Positions 40,075 through 50,466 of a stretch of DNA of 64,000 bases are shown one piece after another; the stretch's first letter is position 1; each line of letters starts with the position of its first letter. The notes under the pieces are model-generated. The model had not been told where the DNA came from. It worked only from the letters and a program-made list of their open reading frames with translations, and searched no databases. This DNA is from Planctomycetota bacterium (lineage in GTDB: Bacteria; Planctomycetota; Phycisphaerae; WQYP01): contig JAJZJL010000004.1 of the NCBI GenBank assembly GCA_021810145.1, positions 3,849 through 67,848 on the forward strand, given 5' to 3'. The position numbers and the translations under genes were made by a program.

Positions 40075-41226
40075 ATGAAAATTCATCGGGTTGGAATTAT
40101 CATGAATGGCGTCACGGGACGCATGGGTACCAATCAACACCTGTATCGTTCAATAGCAGCTATTATCAAACAAGGGGGCGTGAAACTTAATGATGATGAA
40201 ATGATCATGCCGGATCCGGTTCTGGTCGGGCGAAATAAATCCAAGCTCGAGCAACTCTCCGCGGCTACCGGAATAAAAGCCATTTCCACCGAATTGGATA
40301 AAGTGATGGCGGACAAAAACTATGGCGTTTATTTTGATGCCCAAACAACCGATCGCCGGGCTATGGCGGTTAAGCAGGCCATTGCGGCCGGCAAAAGCGT
40401 TTATTGTGAAAAGCCCGTCGCGGTAACATCAGCCGATGCTCTGGAATTGTATCGTCTGGCGAAACGTGCCGGCGTGAAGAACGGTGTGGTGCAGGACAAG
40501 TTGTTTCTTCCCGGCATGCTGAAATTGCAGCAGCTTATCAAAACCGGATTTTTTGGTGAAATTCTTTCGGTTCGTGGTGAATTTGGATATTGGGTGTTTG
40601 ATGGCGGCACCATCGCTGCGCAGCGGCCAAGCTGGAATTACCGGAAAGAAGATGGGGGCGGGATTATTCTTGATATGCTGTGCCATTGGCGCTATTTGCT
40701 GGATAATCTATTCGGCGGCGTTCAGGCGGTTTCCTGCCTGGGGGCGACGCATCTGAAAACCCGTTACGATGAAAACGGTAAACCGTATACCTGTACTGCC
40801 GACGACGCGGCATACGCAACGTTTGAGTTGCCCAACGGCGTGATTTGCCAGATGAACAGTTCCTGGACGGTGCGCGTTCGGCGGGATGATCTGCTGACCT
40901 TGCAGGTTGACGGCACGCAAGGGTCGGCGGTGGCGACATTGCGAAATTGTGTTCTGCAACAGCTCAATGGGACGCCACGGGCGGTATGGAACCCGGACAT
41001 CGACAGCCCGCTGAATCATTTTGACGCCTGGAGTGAAGTGCCCGCACAGCAGTCCTTTGATAATGCATTTAAAATTCAATGGGAGATGTTCCTCAAGCAC
41101 ATCGTGCGCGGAGATGAATTCCCATGGACACTTTTGGAAGGTGCCAAAGGCGTACAACTGGCTGAAAAGGGTATGGAAAGCTGGCGGAAGCGGGCCTGGG
41201 TGAATGTGGAACCGTTGACGGCATAA
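40075..41226 (+). CDS. Gfo/Idh/MocA family NAD(P)-dependent oxidoreductase
   Basis: N-terminal Rossmann fold VGIIMNGVTGRMG. Conserved EKP motif (CEKPVA). Confidence 0.8.
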   Translation: MKIHRVGIIMNGVTGRMGTNQHLYRSIAAIIKQGGVKLNDDEMIMPDPVLVGRNKSKLEQLSAATGIKAISTELDKVMADKNYGVYFDAQTTDRRAMAVKQAIAAGKSVYCEKPVAVTSADALELYRLAKRAGVKNGVVQDKLFLPGMLKLQQLIKTGFFGEILSVRGEFGYWVFDGGTIAAQRPSWNYRKEDGGGIILDMLCHWRYLLDNLFGGVQAVSCLGATHLKTRYDENGKPYTCTADDAAYATFELPNGVICQMNSSWTVRVRRDDLLTLQVDGTQGSAVATLRNCVLQQLNGTPRAVWNPDIDSPLNHFDAWSEVPAQQSFDNAFKIQWEMFLKHIVRGDEFPWTLLEGAKGVQLAEKGMESWRKRAWVNVEPLTA

Positions 41227-41240
41227 TCGCGGGTAAACTC

Positions 41241-42047
41241 ATGCGGCTTATTCGATTTCTTGATGCACAGGGGCAGACGCATTTGGGGATTCCCGATGGC
41301 GATCGACAGGCCCATCTCGTTAGCGGTGATGGATCGGGGCCTTACACGGTCAGCGGGCGTCGAGTGGCAATTGCGAAATTGCTTGCACCGGTGGAGCCTG
41401 CGGCCATTCTGTGCATCGGTTTGAATTATCGCAAGCATGCCGCGGAAACCAATGCTAAAATTCCCGATTTTCCGGTGCTTTTTCTGAAAAATCCGGCCGC
41501 CGTTCAGAACCCCGGTGATCCGGTGGAATTACCTGGCCATTTGGCCAGTCAACAGGTGGATTACGAATGTGAATTGGCGATTGTCATTGGCCGCAGGGCC
41601 AAAAATGTGCCTGCCGCCGAGGCGCTGAATTATGTAATGGGCTTTACGGCCGCCAATGATGTCTCCGCGCGTGATTGGCAGCGTCAGTGGGGCGGATCGC
41701 AATGGTGCCGTGGAAAGAGCTTTGACACGTTTTGTCCGCTCGGGCCGGTGCTGGTAACACCGGATGAAATTGGGGATCCCAATAAGCTCAACATTCAATT
41801 GCGCGTCAATGGTCAGACGCTGCAAAGATCCAATACTTCCGATATGATTTTTTCCGTTGAGAAAATTATCGAATTCCTTTCCGGATCCACGACGTTGCTT
41901 CCGGGAACCGTCATTCTCACCGGCACGCCCGAGGGTGTGGGTATGGCACGGCAACCGCCGATCTGGCTTAAGCCCGGCGATCACATGGAAGTTGAAATAG
42001 AAAAAATCGGAATTCTGGCCAATCCGGTCATCGCTGAGCGCTGCTGA
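41241..42047 (+). CDS. Fumarylacetoacetate hydrolase (FAH) family protein
   Basis: Conserved FAH C-terminal domain (ICIGLNYRKHAAE...ELAIVIGR...GTPEGVG). Confidence 0.85.
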   Translation: MRLIRFLDAQGQTHLGIPDGDRQAHLVSGDGSGPYTVSGRRVAIAKLLAPVEPAAILCIGLNYRKHAAETNAKIPDFPVLFLKNPAAVQNPGDPVELPGHLASQQVDYECELAIVIGRRAKNVPAAEALNYVMGFTAANDVSARDWQRQWGGSQWCRGKSFDTFCPLGPVLVTPDEIGDPNKLNIQLRVNGQTLQRSNTSDMIFSVEKIIEFLSGSTTLLPGTVILTGTPEGVGMARQPPIWLKPGDHMEVEIEKIGILANPVIAERC

Positions 42048-42182
42048 TGAACCACGCGCCGTTAAATAACATGATGTCAACTTGCATATCACCTTTGAAC
42101 GTCCTAGTATGCTTCATGTGGGTGGGCGGGACACACGGCAAGACCGATGGTTTCGGTTCGGCGCACAAGAAAGCTGGTGAAT

Positions 42183-43019
42183 ATGCAGACGGGCAACGGT
42201 GGAAAATCGAACGCAATTGAATTGCTGATTGCCGATGTTGATGGCACATTGGTAACCCGCGATAAAGTATTGACGCCTCGGTCCATTGAGGCGGTAGCGC
42301 GTTTAAAGAAGGCGGGAATTAAATTTGCCATTACCAGCGGCCGGCCGCCGCTGGGAATGCAGATGCTCATCGAACCGCTGAATATCACCACGCCGATATC
42401 CGCTTTCAATGGCGGGCTGGTTGTCATGCCGGATTTAACCATTATTGATCAGAGGGTCCTGCCGGCGGATGTCGCGGTTCAAGTGGTAAAAGGCCTCACT
42501 GATCATAAGCTGGAAGTCTGGGTGTACCGTGGCAATGACTGGTTCGCTCTCAGTGAACATGGCTCGCATGTTGACCGGGAAGCCTGGACGGTAAAATTCA
42601 AACCTCAAGTGGTTAAAAATTTTGACGGCCTGCTGGATAACGTGGTGAAAATTGTCGGCGTCAGCGATGATTTTGCCGCAGTGGCCCGCGCCGAGTCCGA
42701 CACGCAGGAGCAGTTCGGTGATCATGTCTCCGCCACGCGTTCGCAGCCTTATTATCTTGATGTCACGCATCCGGATGCCAACAAAGGTGGTGTGGCACTG
42801 CGTCTGGCTCGGGAATTGCAGGTTCCGACGTCCCGCATCGCCACAATCGGCGATATGCCCAACGATGTGCTGATGTTCGCCCATAGCGGTTTATCCATTG
42901 CGATGGGCAACGCCGGCACAGAAGTTCAACGGGCGGCGCGGAGAGTGACCAGATCAAATGAGGAAGAAGGATTTGCCATTGCGGTAGAAAAATATATTCT
43001 CAAAACATTGGCGGGATAG
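42183..43019 (+). CDS. Cof-type HAD-IIB phosphatase
   Basis: DxDGTL motif (IADVDGTLV). SGRP motif. C-terminal GDxxND (IGDMPNDVLM). Confidence 0.85.
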   Translation: MQTGNGGKSNAIELLIADVDGTLVTRDKVLTPRSIEAVARLKKAGIKFAITSGRPPLGMQMLIEPLNITTPISAFNGGLVVMPDLTIIDQRVLPADVAVQVVKGLTDHKLEVWVYRGNDWFALSEHGSHVDREAWTVKFKPQVVKNFDGLLDNVVKIVGVSDDFAAVARAESDTQEQFGDHVSATRSQPYYLDVTHPDANKGGVALRLARELQVPTSRIATIGDMPNDVLMFAHSGLSIAMGNAGTEVQRAARRVTRSNEEEGFAIAVEKYILKTLAG

Positions 43020-43098
43020 CAACAGAATTTTTAAGATCGGTCAAACGGCTGCTGAATGTGCCGTGGGCGCGCCATATTTGTTAAAAAGGAGATCCAAC

Positions 43099-44124
43099 AT
43101 GGAAATGGGTATGATCGGGTTAGGGCGCATGGGGGCCAATATGGTACAGCGGCTCATGGCGGGGGGGCACCGGTGTGTGGTGTATGATGTAAATGCCAAA
43201 AATGTCGATGACCTGCAAGCCAAAGGGGCGATCGGCGCAAAAACGATGGAAGACTGCGTCAGGAAAATGAGCCAGCCGCGTGTCATCTGGATGATGGTGC
43301 CCGCGGGTGTGGTGGATGGCACCCTGGACAAGTTGTCGCCTTTGCTCGATTCAGGCGACATTGTTATCGATGGCGGCAATTCCTATTACCATGACGATAT
43401 CCGCCGGGCTAAGCAATTAAAAGATCGACATATTCATTATGTTGATATCGGAACCTCCGGTGGCGTGTGGGGACTGGAACGCGGTTACTGCATGATGGTG
43501 GGCGGCGAGCCGGACATTGTCAAACATATCGATCCGCTGCTGGCCACTCTGGCACCCGGTGTAAAATCAGCTCCACGCACGCCGGGACGGGAAAACAAGC
43601 CGGTAAGTCCGGCGGAAAACGGCTACTTGCATTGTGGTCCGCATGGGGCGGGACATTTTGTAAAAATGGTGCATAACGGGATCGAATACGGCATCATGGC
43701 GGCGTACGCGGAGGGACTTAACATTCTTAAACATGCCAACGCCGGAAAAGATAAACAAAACGTGGATGCGGAAACCACACCGTTAAGCAATCCGGAATAT
43801 TATCAATATGATCTGAATTTGCCGGACGTGGCCGAAGTGTGGCGGCGCGGTTCGGTAATCGGATCCTGGCTCCTGGATTTAACGGCCATCGCGCTGGCCA
43901 AAGACCCAACCATGGATAAGTTCGCCGGCCACGTTTCCGACTCCGGTGAGGGACGCTGGACCATCAGTGCGGCGATAGACGAATCCGTACCCGCTCCGGT
44001 GCTTAGCGCCGCGCTGTATGAGCGATTCAGCTCGCGTGGAGAGGCGGAATTCGCCGATCGACTGTTATCCGCCATGCGGTATGAATTCGGAGGACATCTG
44101 GAGAAAGGTGGAAGTGGAAGTTAG
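43099..44124 (+). CDS. gnd: 6-phosphogluconate dehydrogenase, decarboxylating (short NAD-binding form)
   Basis: N-terminus MIGLGRMGANMVQRL. Short-form 6PGDH/GntZ-like length. aaaggaga RBS. Sits in a zwf/tal/pgi context. Confidence 0.75.
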   Translation: MEMGMIGLGRMGANMVQRLMAGGHRCVVYDVNAKNVDDLQAKGAIGAKTMEDCVRKMSQPRVIWMMVPAGVVDGTLDKLSPLLDSGDIVIDGGNSYYHDDIRRAKQLKDRHIHYVDIGTSGGVWGLERGYCMMVGGEPDIVKHIDPLLATLAPGVKSAPRTPGRENKPVSPAENGYLHCGPHGAGHFVKMVHNGIEYGIMAAYAEGLNILKHANAGKDKQNVDAETTPLSNPEYYQYDLNLPDVAEVWRRGSVIGSWLLDLTAIALAKDPTMDKFAGHVSDSGEGRWTISAAIDESVPAPVLSAALYERFSSRGEAEFADRLLSAMRYEFGGHLEKGGSGS

Positions 44125-44169
44125 CGATCACGCGCGGATTGGGGGGGGGCGGACTTTGAAATAAGGAGA

Positions 44170-45567
44170 ATGGCATTGGTTGATCAAGCGGACGCGCTGG
44201 TGTTTTTCGGGGCAACCGGGGATCTGGCGTACAAGAAAATTTTCCCGTCCTTGCAATCCATGATCCGGCACGGACGATTGAATATGCCTGTCATCGGCGT
44301 CGCCAGGCAGGGATGGAATCTGGATCAGTTTAAGGCCCGTGCCAAAGCAAGTCTGGATGAGCACGGCGGGGGCGCTGATCCGGCATTGTTAAACAAGCTC
44401 TTTTCTCTGCTTAAATATGTGGATGGCGATTACCGGAATGCCGAAACCTTTCAGTCGTTGCGCCAGGCGCTCAACGGCGCGAAGCATCCCATGCACTATC
44501 TGGCGATTCCGCCGAGTATGTTTGCAACGGTGGGGGAAGGCCTGGCGAAATCCCAGTGCAATATCGGTGCCCGGATAATTGTGGAAAAGCCCTTCGGGCG
44601 AAGTTTGGATTCCGCGCGTACGCTTAACAGCACGCTGAGCAAATATTTTCCGGAAGAGGCAATTTTTCGCATCGATCATTATCTCGGCAAAGAGCCGGTG
44701 CAAAGCCTTTTGTATTCCCGTTTTGCCAATGCGGTACTTGAGCCGCTGTGGAATCGCAATTATGTGGCCTCCGTGCAGATCACGATGGCGGAGAACATCG
44801 GCGTGCAGGGCCGCGGAAGTTTTTATGAAGAAGCGGGTGCCATTCGTGATGTGCTGCAGAATCATATCATGCAGCTTGTTGCATGCCTGGCGATGGAACC
44901 GCCCGCCGGTGAAGGTGAGCCGATACGCGATGAACGAGCCAAGGCGTTGACACTGGTGCGCACGCTGTCGCCGGAAGATGTTGTGCGCGGACAGTTTGCG
45001 GGCTATCGTGATGAAAAAGGTGTGGCTGGGGATTCAACCGTTGAAACATTCGCCGCCGCTCGCTTGTGGATTGATTCCTGGCGCTGGGCGGGTGTGCCAT
45101 TTTATATTCGTGTCGGCAAGTGTCTGCCGGTTTCCTGCACGGAAATTGTTGTGGACTTCAAAAAGCCGCCCCAGCACGTTTTTCGCGAGGCCAGTATCGG
45201 TCGCAGCAATCATCTGCGCTTCCGGGTAAGCCCTGAAGTCATTCTGGCCATGGGTGTGCGGGTAAAAAAAATCGGCGAGGCGCTTGAGGGAACCAGTGTG
45301 GAACTTATTGCCCAACGGCATCCGCATGATGAAATGGAACCGTATGAGCGGCTTCTGCTGGACGCCGCCGGTGGAAAAGCGGACTTTTTCGCCCGGGAAG
45401 ATCAGGTTGAGGAAGCCTGGCGGATCGTAGACCCGATACTGGGCAACGCCACGCCGGTTCATTCCTACACGCCGGGCACCTGGGGGCCGGCAGAGGCCCA
45501 GTCTCTGCTTGCCGATGGCGTAATCTGGCGTGATCCGCGCGATGAAGGAGTCAATCCCGATGCGTGA
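44170..45567 (+). CDS. zwf: glucose-6-phosphate 1-dehydrogenase
   Basis: FGATGDLAYKKIFP NADP-binding motif. RIDHYLGKE active-site motif. Confidence 0.9.
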   Translation: MALVDQADALVFFGATGDLAYKKIFPSLQSMIRHGRLNMPVIGVARQGWNLDQFKARAKASLDEHGGGADPALLNKLFSLLKYVDGDYRNAETFQSLRQALNGAKHPMHYLAIPPSMFATVGEGLAKSQCNIGARIIVEKPFGRSLDSARTLNSTLSKYFPEEAIFRIDHYLGKEPVQSLLYSRFANAVLEPLWNRNYVASVQITMAENIGVQGRGSFYEEAGAIRDVLQNHIMQLVACLAMEPPAGEGEPIRDERAKALTLVRTLSPEDVVRGQFAGYRDEKGVAGDSTVETFAAARLWIDSWRWAGVPFYIRVGKCLPVSCTEIVVDFKKPPQHVFREASIGRSNHLRFRVSPEVILAMGVRVKKIGEALEGTSVELIAQRHPHDEMEPYERLLLDAAGGKADFFAREDQVEEAWRIVDPILGNATPVHSYTPGTWGPAEAQSLLADGVIWRDPRDEGVNPDA

Positions 45568-45752
45568 GTTGTCACATTGTCTGACAATCCAGGCACCGCT
45601 TTCCCGCCGGACCGGACGGCTGGAAGTGGAACGTTTCCCTGGAATTCGCGCAGTGTTAGAATATAAAAATCGGGGGCATCATTGAGTCGCCGATGTGCAT
45701 TCAAACCGCCGGTGCGGCTGGAATAACACTCGGCTTTTTAAAAAGGTGAAAC

Positions 45753-46862
45753 ATGAACACTGACAACAAAACATTACCCACAGGCGAGCTGCATAACCTG
45801 GGACAGAGTTTATGGCTTGATAATATCACGCGAAAGCTGCTTACCAGCGGAACGCTGAAGCGATACATCGGCGAGTTGTCCGTTACGGGCCTTACCAGTA
45901 ACCCGACTATTTTTGATCATGCCATCAGTAAATCCGATTATTATGACACCGCGATTCGTTCTCTCCATGACGCGGGTACCACGTCCCCGGAGGCAATTTT
46001 CTTCAATCTGGCCATTGACGATCTGCAACATGCCGCGGATTTATTTCGTCCCGTTCATGAGCAGACGCGGGGTGTCGATGGTTTTGTATCGTTGGAGGTT
46101 TCTCCGCTTCTGGCGTATGACACCGCCAATACGCTTGCCGCGGCGAAAGAGCTGTTCCACCGGGCCGGACGTCCCAATTTGTTTATTAAAATTCCCGGCA
46201 CAAATGAAGGGCTTCCGGCCATTGAAGAAGCCATCTTCAGCGGCATACCGGTGAATGTCACGCTGCTGTTCTCCCCCGAGCAATATCTGGCGGCCGCCGA
46301 TGCCTATACGCGCGGCATTCTGCGGCGTATCGCGGCCAAGCTTGATCCCCGTGTGGCATCCGTGGCATCGGTATTTATCAGCCGGTGGGACAAGGCGATC
46401 ATGGGCAAGGTTCCTGATTCGCTGCGTAACAAACTGGGTGTTGCGGTCGCATATAAAACGTATAAGGCGTATCGCGATCTGGTATCCAGCGAACGCTGGA
46501 ATAAACTCATCGCCGCCGGAGCCATGCCGCAGCGATTGCTTTGGGCCAGTACAGGAACCAAAGATCCTGCGGCGCCCGATACGTTTTATATCACAGCTCT
46601 GGCGGCACCCGATACGGTTAATACCATGCCGGAGGAAACGCTTCTGGCGTTTGCCGATCACGGCAAAGTCGGGCCGGTTATGAACACGGATGTAACCGCC
46701 GCCGAGGCGATCCTTCAGCAGACAGCCCAAGCCGGCTTTACCGTTGACAAACTTGGAGCGCAACTTCAAAAGGAAGGAGCGGAATCGTTCGTGAAATCAT
46801 GGAATGATCTGCTGGCGGTTGTTGGCCGAAAGAGTTCCGAGCTTGCGGCAACGGCATCGTGA
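45753..46862 (+). CDS. tal: transaldolase (long actinobacterial/plant-like form)
   Basis: SLWLDNITR and TSNPTIF motifs. 369 aa. Confidence 0.85.
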   Translation: MNTDNKTLPTGELHNLGQSLWLDNITRKLLTSGTLKRYIGELSVTGLTSNPTIFDHAISKSDYYDTAIRSLHDAGTTSPEAIFFNLAIDDLQHAADLFRPVHEQTRGVDGFVSLEVSPLLAYDTANTLAAAKELFHRAGRPNLFIKIPGTNEGLPAIEEAIFSGIPVNVTLLFSPEQYLAAADAYTRGILRRIAAKLDPRVASVASVFISRWDKAIMGKVPDSLRNKLGVAVAYKTYKAYRDLVSSERWNKLIAAGAMPQRLLWASTGTKDPAAPDTFYITALAAPDTVNTMPEETLLAFADHGKVGPVMNTDVTAAEAILQQTAQAGFTVDKLGAQLQKEGAESFVKSWNDLLAVVGRKSSELAATAS

Positions 46863-46879
46863 ATTTGACAACGTAACTT

Positions 46880-48556
46880 TTGATGGAGACAAAGATGTCC
46901 GCACCAGTCCCACCGACCGTTGAAACAAAAATGGCAACCCGTTTGACCAGCCGTCCCGCATTTCAATCGCTGACGAAGCATTTTGAAAGCGCCAGCGGTC
47001 TGCATCTTCGGGATTTATTCGCAACTGACCCGAAACGATCGGAACGCTTCAGTGTGGATGCGGCGGGTCTGTTTCTGGATTATTCCAAAAACCGGATCAC
47101 CGATGAGACCATGGCGCTGCTTTTTGAACTGGCCCGGCAATCCGGCGTGCAGGAGCATATTGCCGCAATGTTCTCGGGCGAAAAAATTAATATCACCGAA
47201 AATCGTTCGGTGCTGCATGTGGCTCTGCGGTCGGCGCGGACGGACACCTGCAATGTCGATGGACATAATGTTGTGCCCGATGTCCATGAGGTGCTGGATC
47301 GCATGGCTGCGTTTGCCAGCCGGGTGCGCTCGGGTGAGTGGAAGGGCTTCACGGGCAAACCCATTCGCAACGTTGTCAATATTGGCATTGGCGGATCGGA
47401 TCTGGGACCGGTGATGGCTTATGAGGCCTTGCGGCATTATTCCCGGCGTGAAATGATTTTTCGCTTTGTCTCCAATATTGACGGTACGGATTTTGCCGAG
47501 GCTACGCATGATCTCTCGCCGGATGAAACCCTGTTTATTATCTCGTCGAAAACATTCACCACATTGGAAACCATGACCAACGCCCACACCGCCCGGGATT
47601 GGTTATTGGCGGCGGCCAAGCAGCCTGCGCATACAGCCAAACATTTTGTGGCCGTGTCTACCAATGCCAAGGAGGTCTCCGCGTTCGGGATCGATACCGC
47701 CAATATGTTTGGCTTCTGGGATTGGGTTGGCGGAAGATATTCGATGGATTCCGCCATTGGCTTATCCACCATGCTGGCCGTGGGACCTGAGAATTTTTCA
47801 AGAATGCTCTCGGGATTTCATGCGATGGATACGCATTTCCGAACCGCGCCGCTGGAGCGCAATATGCCCGTTATCATGGGCCTTCTTTCAATCTGGTACA
47901 ACAACTTCTTCGGCGCACAGACGGTGGCCGTATTGCCCTATGATCAGTATCTCAAACGTTTTCCGGCTTATCTGCAGCAACTTACCATGGAATCCAATGG
48001 CAAGAGCGTCACGGTTTCTGGCCATCGGGTGGATTATGAAACCGGACCGATTTTCTGGGGCGAGCCGGGCACCAATGGGCAACATTCGTTCTATCAATTG
48101 ATCCATCAGGGTACCAAGTTGATTCCCTGTGATTTCATCGGATTTGCCAAATCTTTGAATCCACTGGGAAATCATCATAATCTTCTGATGGCCAATGTCT
48201 TTGCACAGGCGGAGGCGCTGGCTTTTGGAAAAACCGAAGAGCAGGTTCGTCAGGAAGGCACTCCGGAATGGCTCGTGCCGCACCGAACCTTTGACGGAAA
48301 TCGTCCAAGCAATGTCATTTTGGCTCATCAGTTAACACCGGAAATTCTGGGTGCTTTGGTGGCGCTTTATGAACACTCGGTCTTCACGCAGGGCGTTATA
48401 TTTTCCATTGATTCTTTTGACCAATGGGGCGTGGAACTTGGTAAAGTTCTGGCAAAAAAAATTGCCTCCGAACTGGCCGCTTCCGATGATTCCGGCCTGA
48501 ACCATGACAGTTCCACCAACGCATTGATGCGCCGCTATCGCCGCGAAAGGGCCTGA
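46880..48556 (+). CDS. pgi: glucose-6-phosphate isomerase
   Basis: Conserved PGI signatures ([28 protein letters not shown]). Confidence 0.9.
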   Translation: MMETKMSAPVPPTVETKMATRLTSRPAFQSLTKHFESASGLHLRDLFATDPKRSERFSVDAAGLFLDYSKNRITDETMALLFELARQSGVQEHIAAMFSGEKINITENRSVLHVALRSARTDTCNVDGHNVVPDVHEVLDRMAAFASRVRSGEWKGFTGKPIRNVVNIGIGGSDLGPVMAYEALRHYSRREMIFRFVSNIDGTDFAEATHDLSPDETLFIISSKTFTTLETMTNAHTARDWLLAAAKQPAHTAKHFVAVSTNAKEVSAFGIDTANMFGFWDWVGGRYSMDSAIGLSTMLAVGPENFSRMLSGFHAMDTHFRTAPLERNMPVIMGLLSIWYNNFFGAQTVAVLPYDQYLKRFPAYLQQLTMESNGKSVTVSGHRVDYETGPIFWGEPGTNGQHSFYQLIHQGTKLIPCDFIGFAKSLNPLGNHHNLLMANVFAQAEALAFGKTEEQVRQEGTPEWLVPHRTFDGNRPSNVILAHQLTPEILGALVALYEHSVFTQGVIFSIDSFDQWGVELGKVLAKKIASELAASDDSGLNHDSSTNALMRRYRRERA

Positions 48557-48598
48557 CGCGGCATGAATATCTGAAGTCATACGCAAAGGAGATATGCC

Positions 48599-49510
48599 AT
48601 GATTGGTGGTTACGACAAGCGCCTGTATATTTTACCCTTCGATCATCGGCACTCGTATGGCTCGGAGGTGTTTGGCTACAAAGAGCCGATGACCGCAGCG
48701 CAGATTGATGATATTGCCCAAAGCAAAGCGGTTATTTACGGCGGTTTCAAAGCCGCCATTGAAGCCGGTGTGCCCAGAGAAAATGCCGGCCTTCTTGTGG
48801 ATGAAGAATATGGTTCCGCAATTCTTCAGGAAGCGCGTGACCACGGGTATATCGTATGTTTATCCACCGAAAAAAGTGGTCGCCATGACTTTGATTTTGA
48901 ATATGGCGACGCATTTGCCGAGCATATTGAAAAATTTAATCCGACATTCGCCAAAGTGCTGGTTCGATACAATCCTCAGGGTGATCCAGCCATGAATGCA
49001 TTGCAAACCAGTCGTTTGAAAAGGCTTTCCGATTATCTTGCGTCATCCAAAAGGCTTTTCATGTTTGAACTTCTTGTTCCCGCGGAAAAATCGCAACTTC
49101 AGCAGGTGGGCGGAGATGTTCATGCATATGACCTTAAACTCCGCCCCGCTTTGATGAAGCAGGCGATTGAAGAACTCCAGAATGCGGGTGTGGAGCCGGA
49201 CGTTTGGAAAATTGAAGGATTGGATCGCGCCGAGGACTGCCGGCTGGTCGCGGCGGCTGCCCGCCGCGGCGGGCGCGAGAAGGTCGGATGTATTATTCTC
49301 GGGCGCGGAGAAAATGAGGCTCAGGTCATCAAATGGTTAACAACCGCGGCAGCCGTCCCCGGATTTATCGGCTTTGCGGTGGGGCGTTCCAGCTTTTTGC
49401 AGTCAATCGTTGATCTTCGCGCGGGCAAAATCGATCGTGGTCAGGCGGTGCGGCAGATCAGTGACAAATTCATGGAATGGGTGGGCGTATTTGATAAGGC
49501 GGCAGGCTGA
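48599..49510 (+). CDS. Hypothetical protein, possible TIM-barrel sugar-phosphate aldolase-like (DUF2090-like)
   Basis: aaaggagat RBS. 303 aa. LYILPFDHR N-terminus. No confident family assignment; placed in sugar-phosphate context by position only. Confidence 0.35.
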   Translation: MIGGYDKRLYILPFDHRHSYGSEVFGYKEPMTAAQIDDIAQSKAVIYGGFKAAIEAGVPRENAGLLVDEEYGSAILQEARDHGYIVCLSTEKSGRHDFDFEYGDAFAEHIEKFNPTFAKVLVRYNPQGDPAMNALQTSRLKRLSDYLASSKRLFMFELLVPAEKSQLQQVGGDVHAYDLKLRPALMKQAIEELQNAGVEPDVWKIEGLDRAEDCRLVAAAARRGGREKVGCIILGRGENEAQVIKWLTTAAAVPGFIGFAVGRSSFLQSIVDLRAGKIDRGQAVRQISDKFMEWVGVFDKAAG

Positions 49511-49512
49511 AA

Positions 49513-50466
49513 ATGTTTGGATCGCACTTATCGGTCGCCGGCGGATTGTACAAGGCGGTTGTGGAGGCACAAAACGAAGGTCTGCAGACAGTGCAGATAT
49601 TCACGCGCAATCAGCAGCAATGGGCGTCGCCGCCGTTGTTGCCGGAGGTGATCCGGCAATTTCGTGATCAGGTAATCCAGGCCGGATTCCCATGCGTTGT
49701 AGCGCACGATTCGTATTTGACCAACCTGGCTGCCGGCAATGAAGAGTTGCGGCAGAAAAGCATCCGGAGTTTTGCATTGGAATTAAAGCGGTGCCACGCC
49801 TTGGGTATTCAATATCTTGTCACGCACACCGGTGCGCACGGGGGAGCCGGAGAACCGGAGGGAATTTCGCGGATTGTGGCTTCGTTGCGACAGGTGCTGG
49901 AGCTTGATCGGCACGGTACGACAACGATCTGTCTGGAGACCACCGCCGGGCAGGGCACATCACTGGGGTGGCGGTTTGAGCAGTTGCGCGACATCTTGGC
50001 CGGCATCCGCAACACGAACCGCCTGGGCGTTTGTCTGGACACCTGCCATATTTTTGCCGCGGGGTACGACGTATCCACGCCGGATGGAGCCGCGCAAAGT
50101 TTTGAGGAATTTGACCGTATCATCGGTTTGGAACGCTTGCGGGTCATGCACCTTAACGACAGCCGCAAGCCGCTGGGATCAAGAGTGGATCGTCATGCTC
50201 ACATCGGACGCGGCATGATTGGCCTGGCGGTGTTTAAATATGTGTGTCAAAATCGAGCCTTCAGGGAAATTCCCAAGATTATGGAAACTCCCAAGGAAAT
50301 GGCACCCGACGGGCGGCCGTGGGATTTAATTAATCTGGAAATCCTGCAAGCGCTGGAACGTGGAGAAGATCCCGTCCTTGCTCCCGTTGAGGCAACCGCT
50401 CCGAAAGCGGCGCAAAAGCGCATGGGCGTCAAGAGGTCAACTGCAAAAAAGAAGGCAAAGAAATGA
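49513..50466 (+). CDS. nfo: endonuclease IV (AP endonuclease family 2)
   Basis: MFGSHLSVAGGL N-terminus. HxSYLxNLA, THTG and CLETTAGQG metal-ligand motifs. Lys-rich C-terminal tail. Confidence 0.85.
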   Translation: MFGSHLSVAGGLYKAVVEAQNEGLQTVQIFTRNQQQWASPPLLPEVIRQFRDQVIQAGFPCVVAHDSYLTNLAAGNEELRQKSIRSFALELKRCHALGIQYLVTHTGAHGGAGEPEGISRIVASLRQVLELDRHGTTTICLETTAGQGTSLGWRFEQLRDILAGIRNTNRLGVCLDTCHIFAAGYDVSTPDGAAQSFEEFDRIIGLERLRVMHLNDSRKPLGSRVDRHAHIGRGMIGLAVFKYVCQNRAFREIPKIMETPKEMAPDGRPWDLINLEILQALERGEDPVLAPVEATAPKAAQKRMGVKRSTAKKKAKK

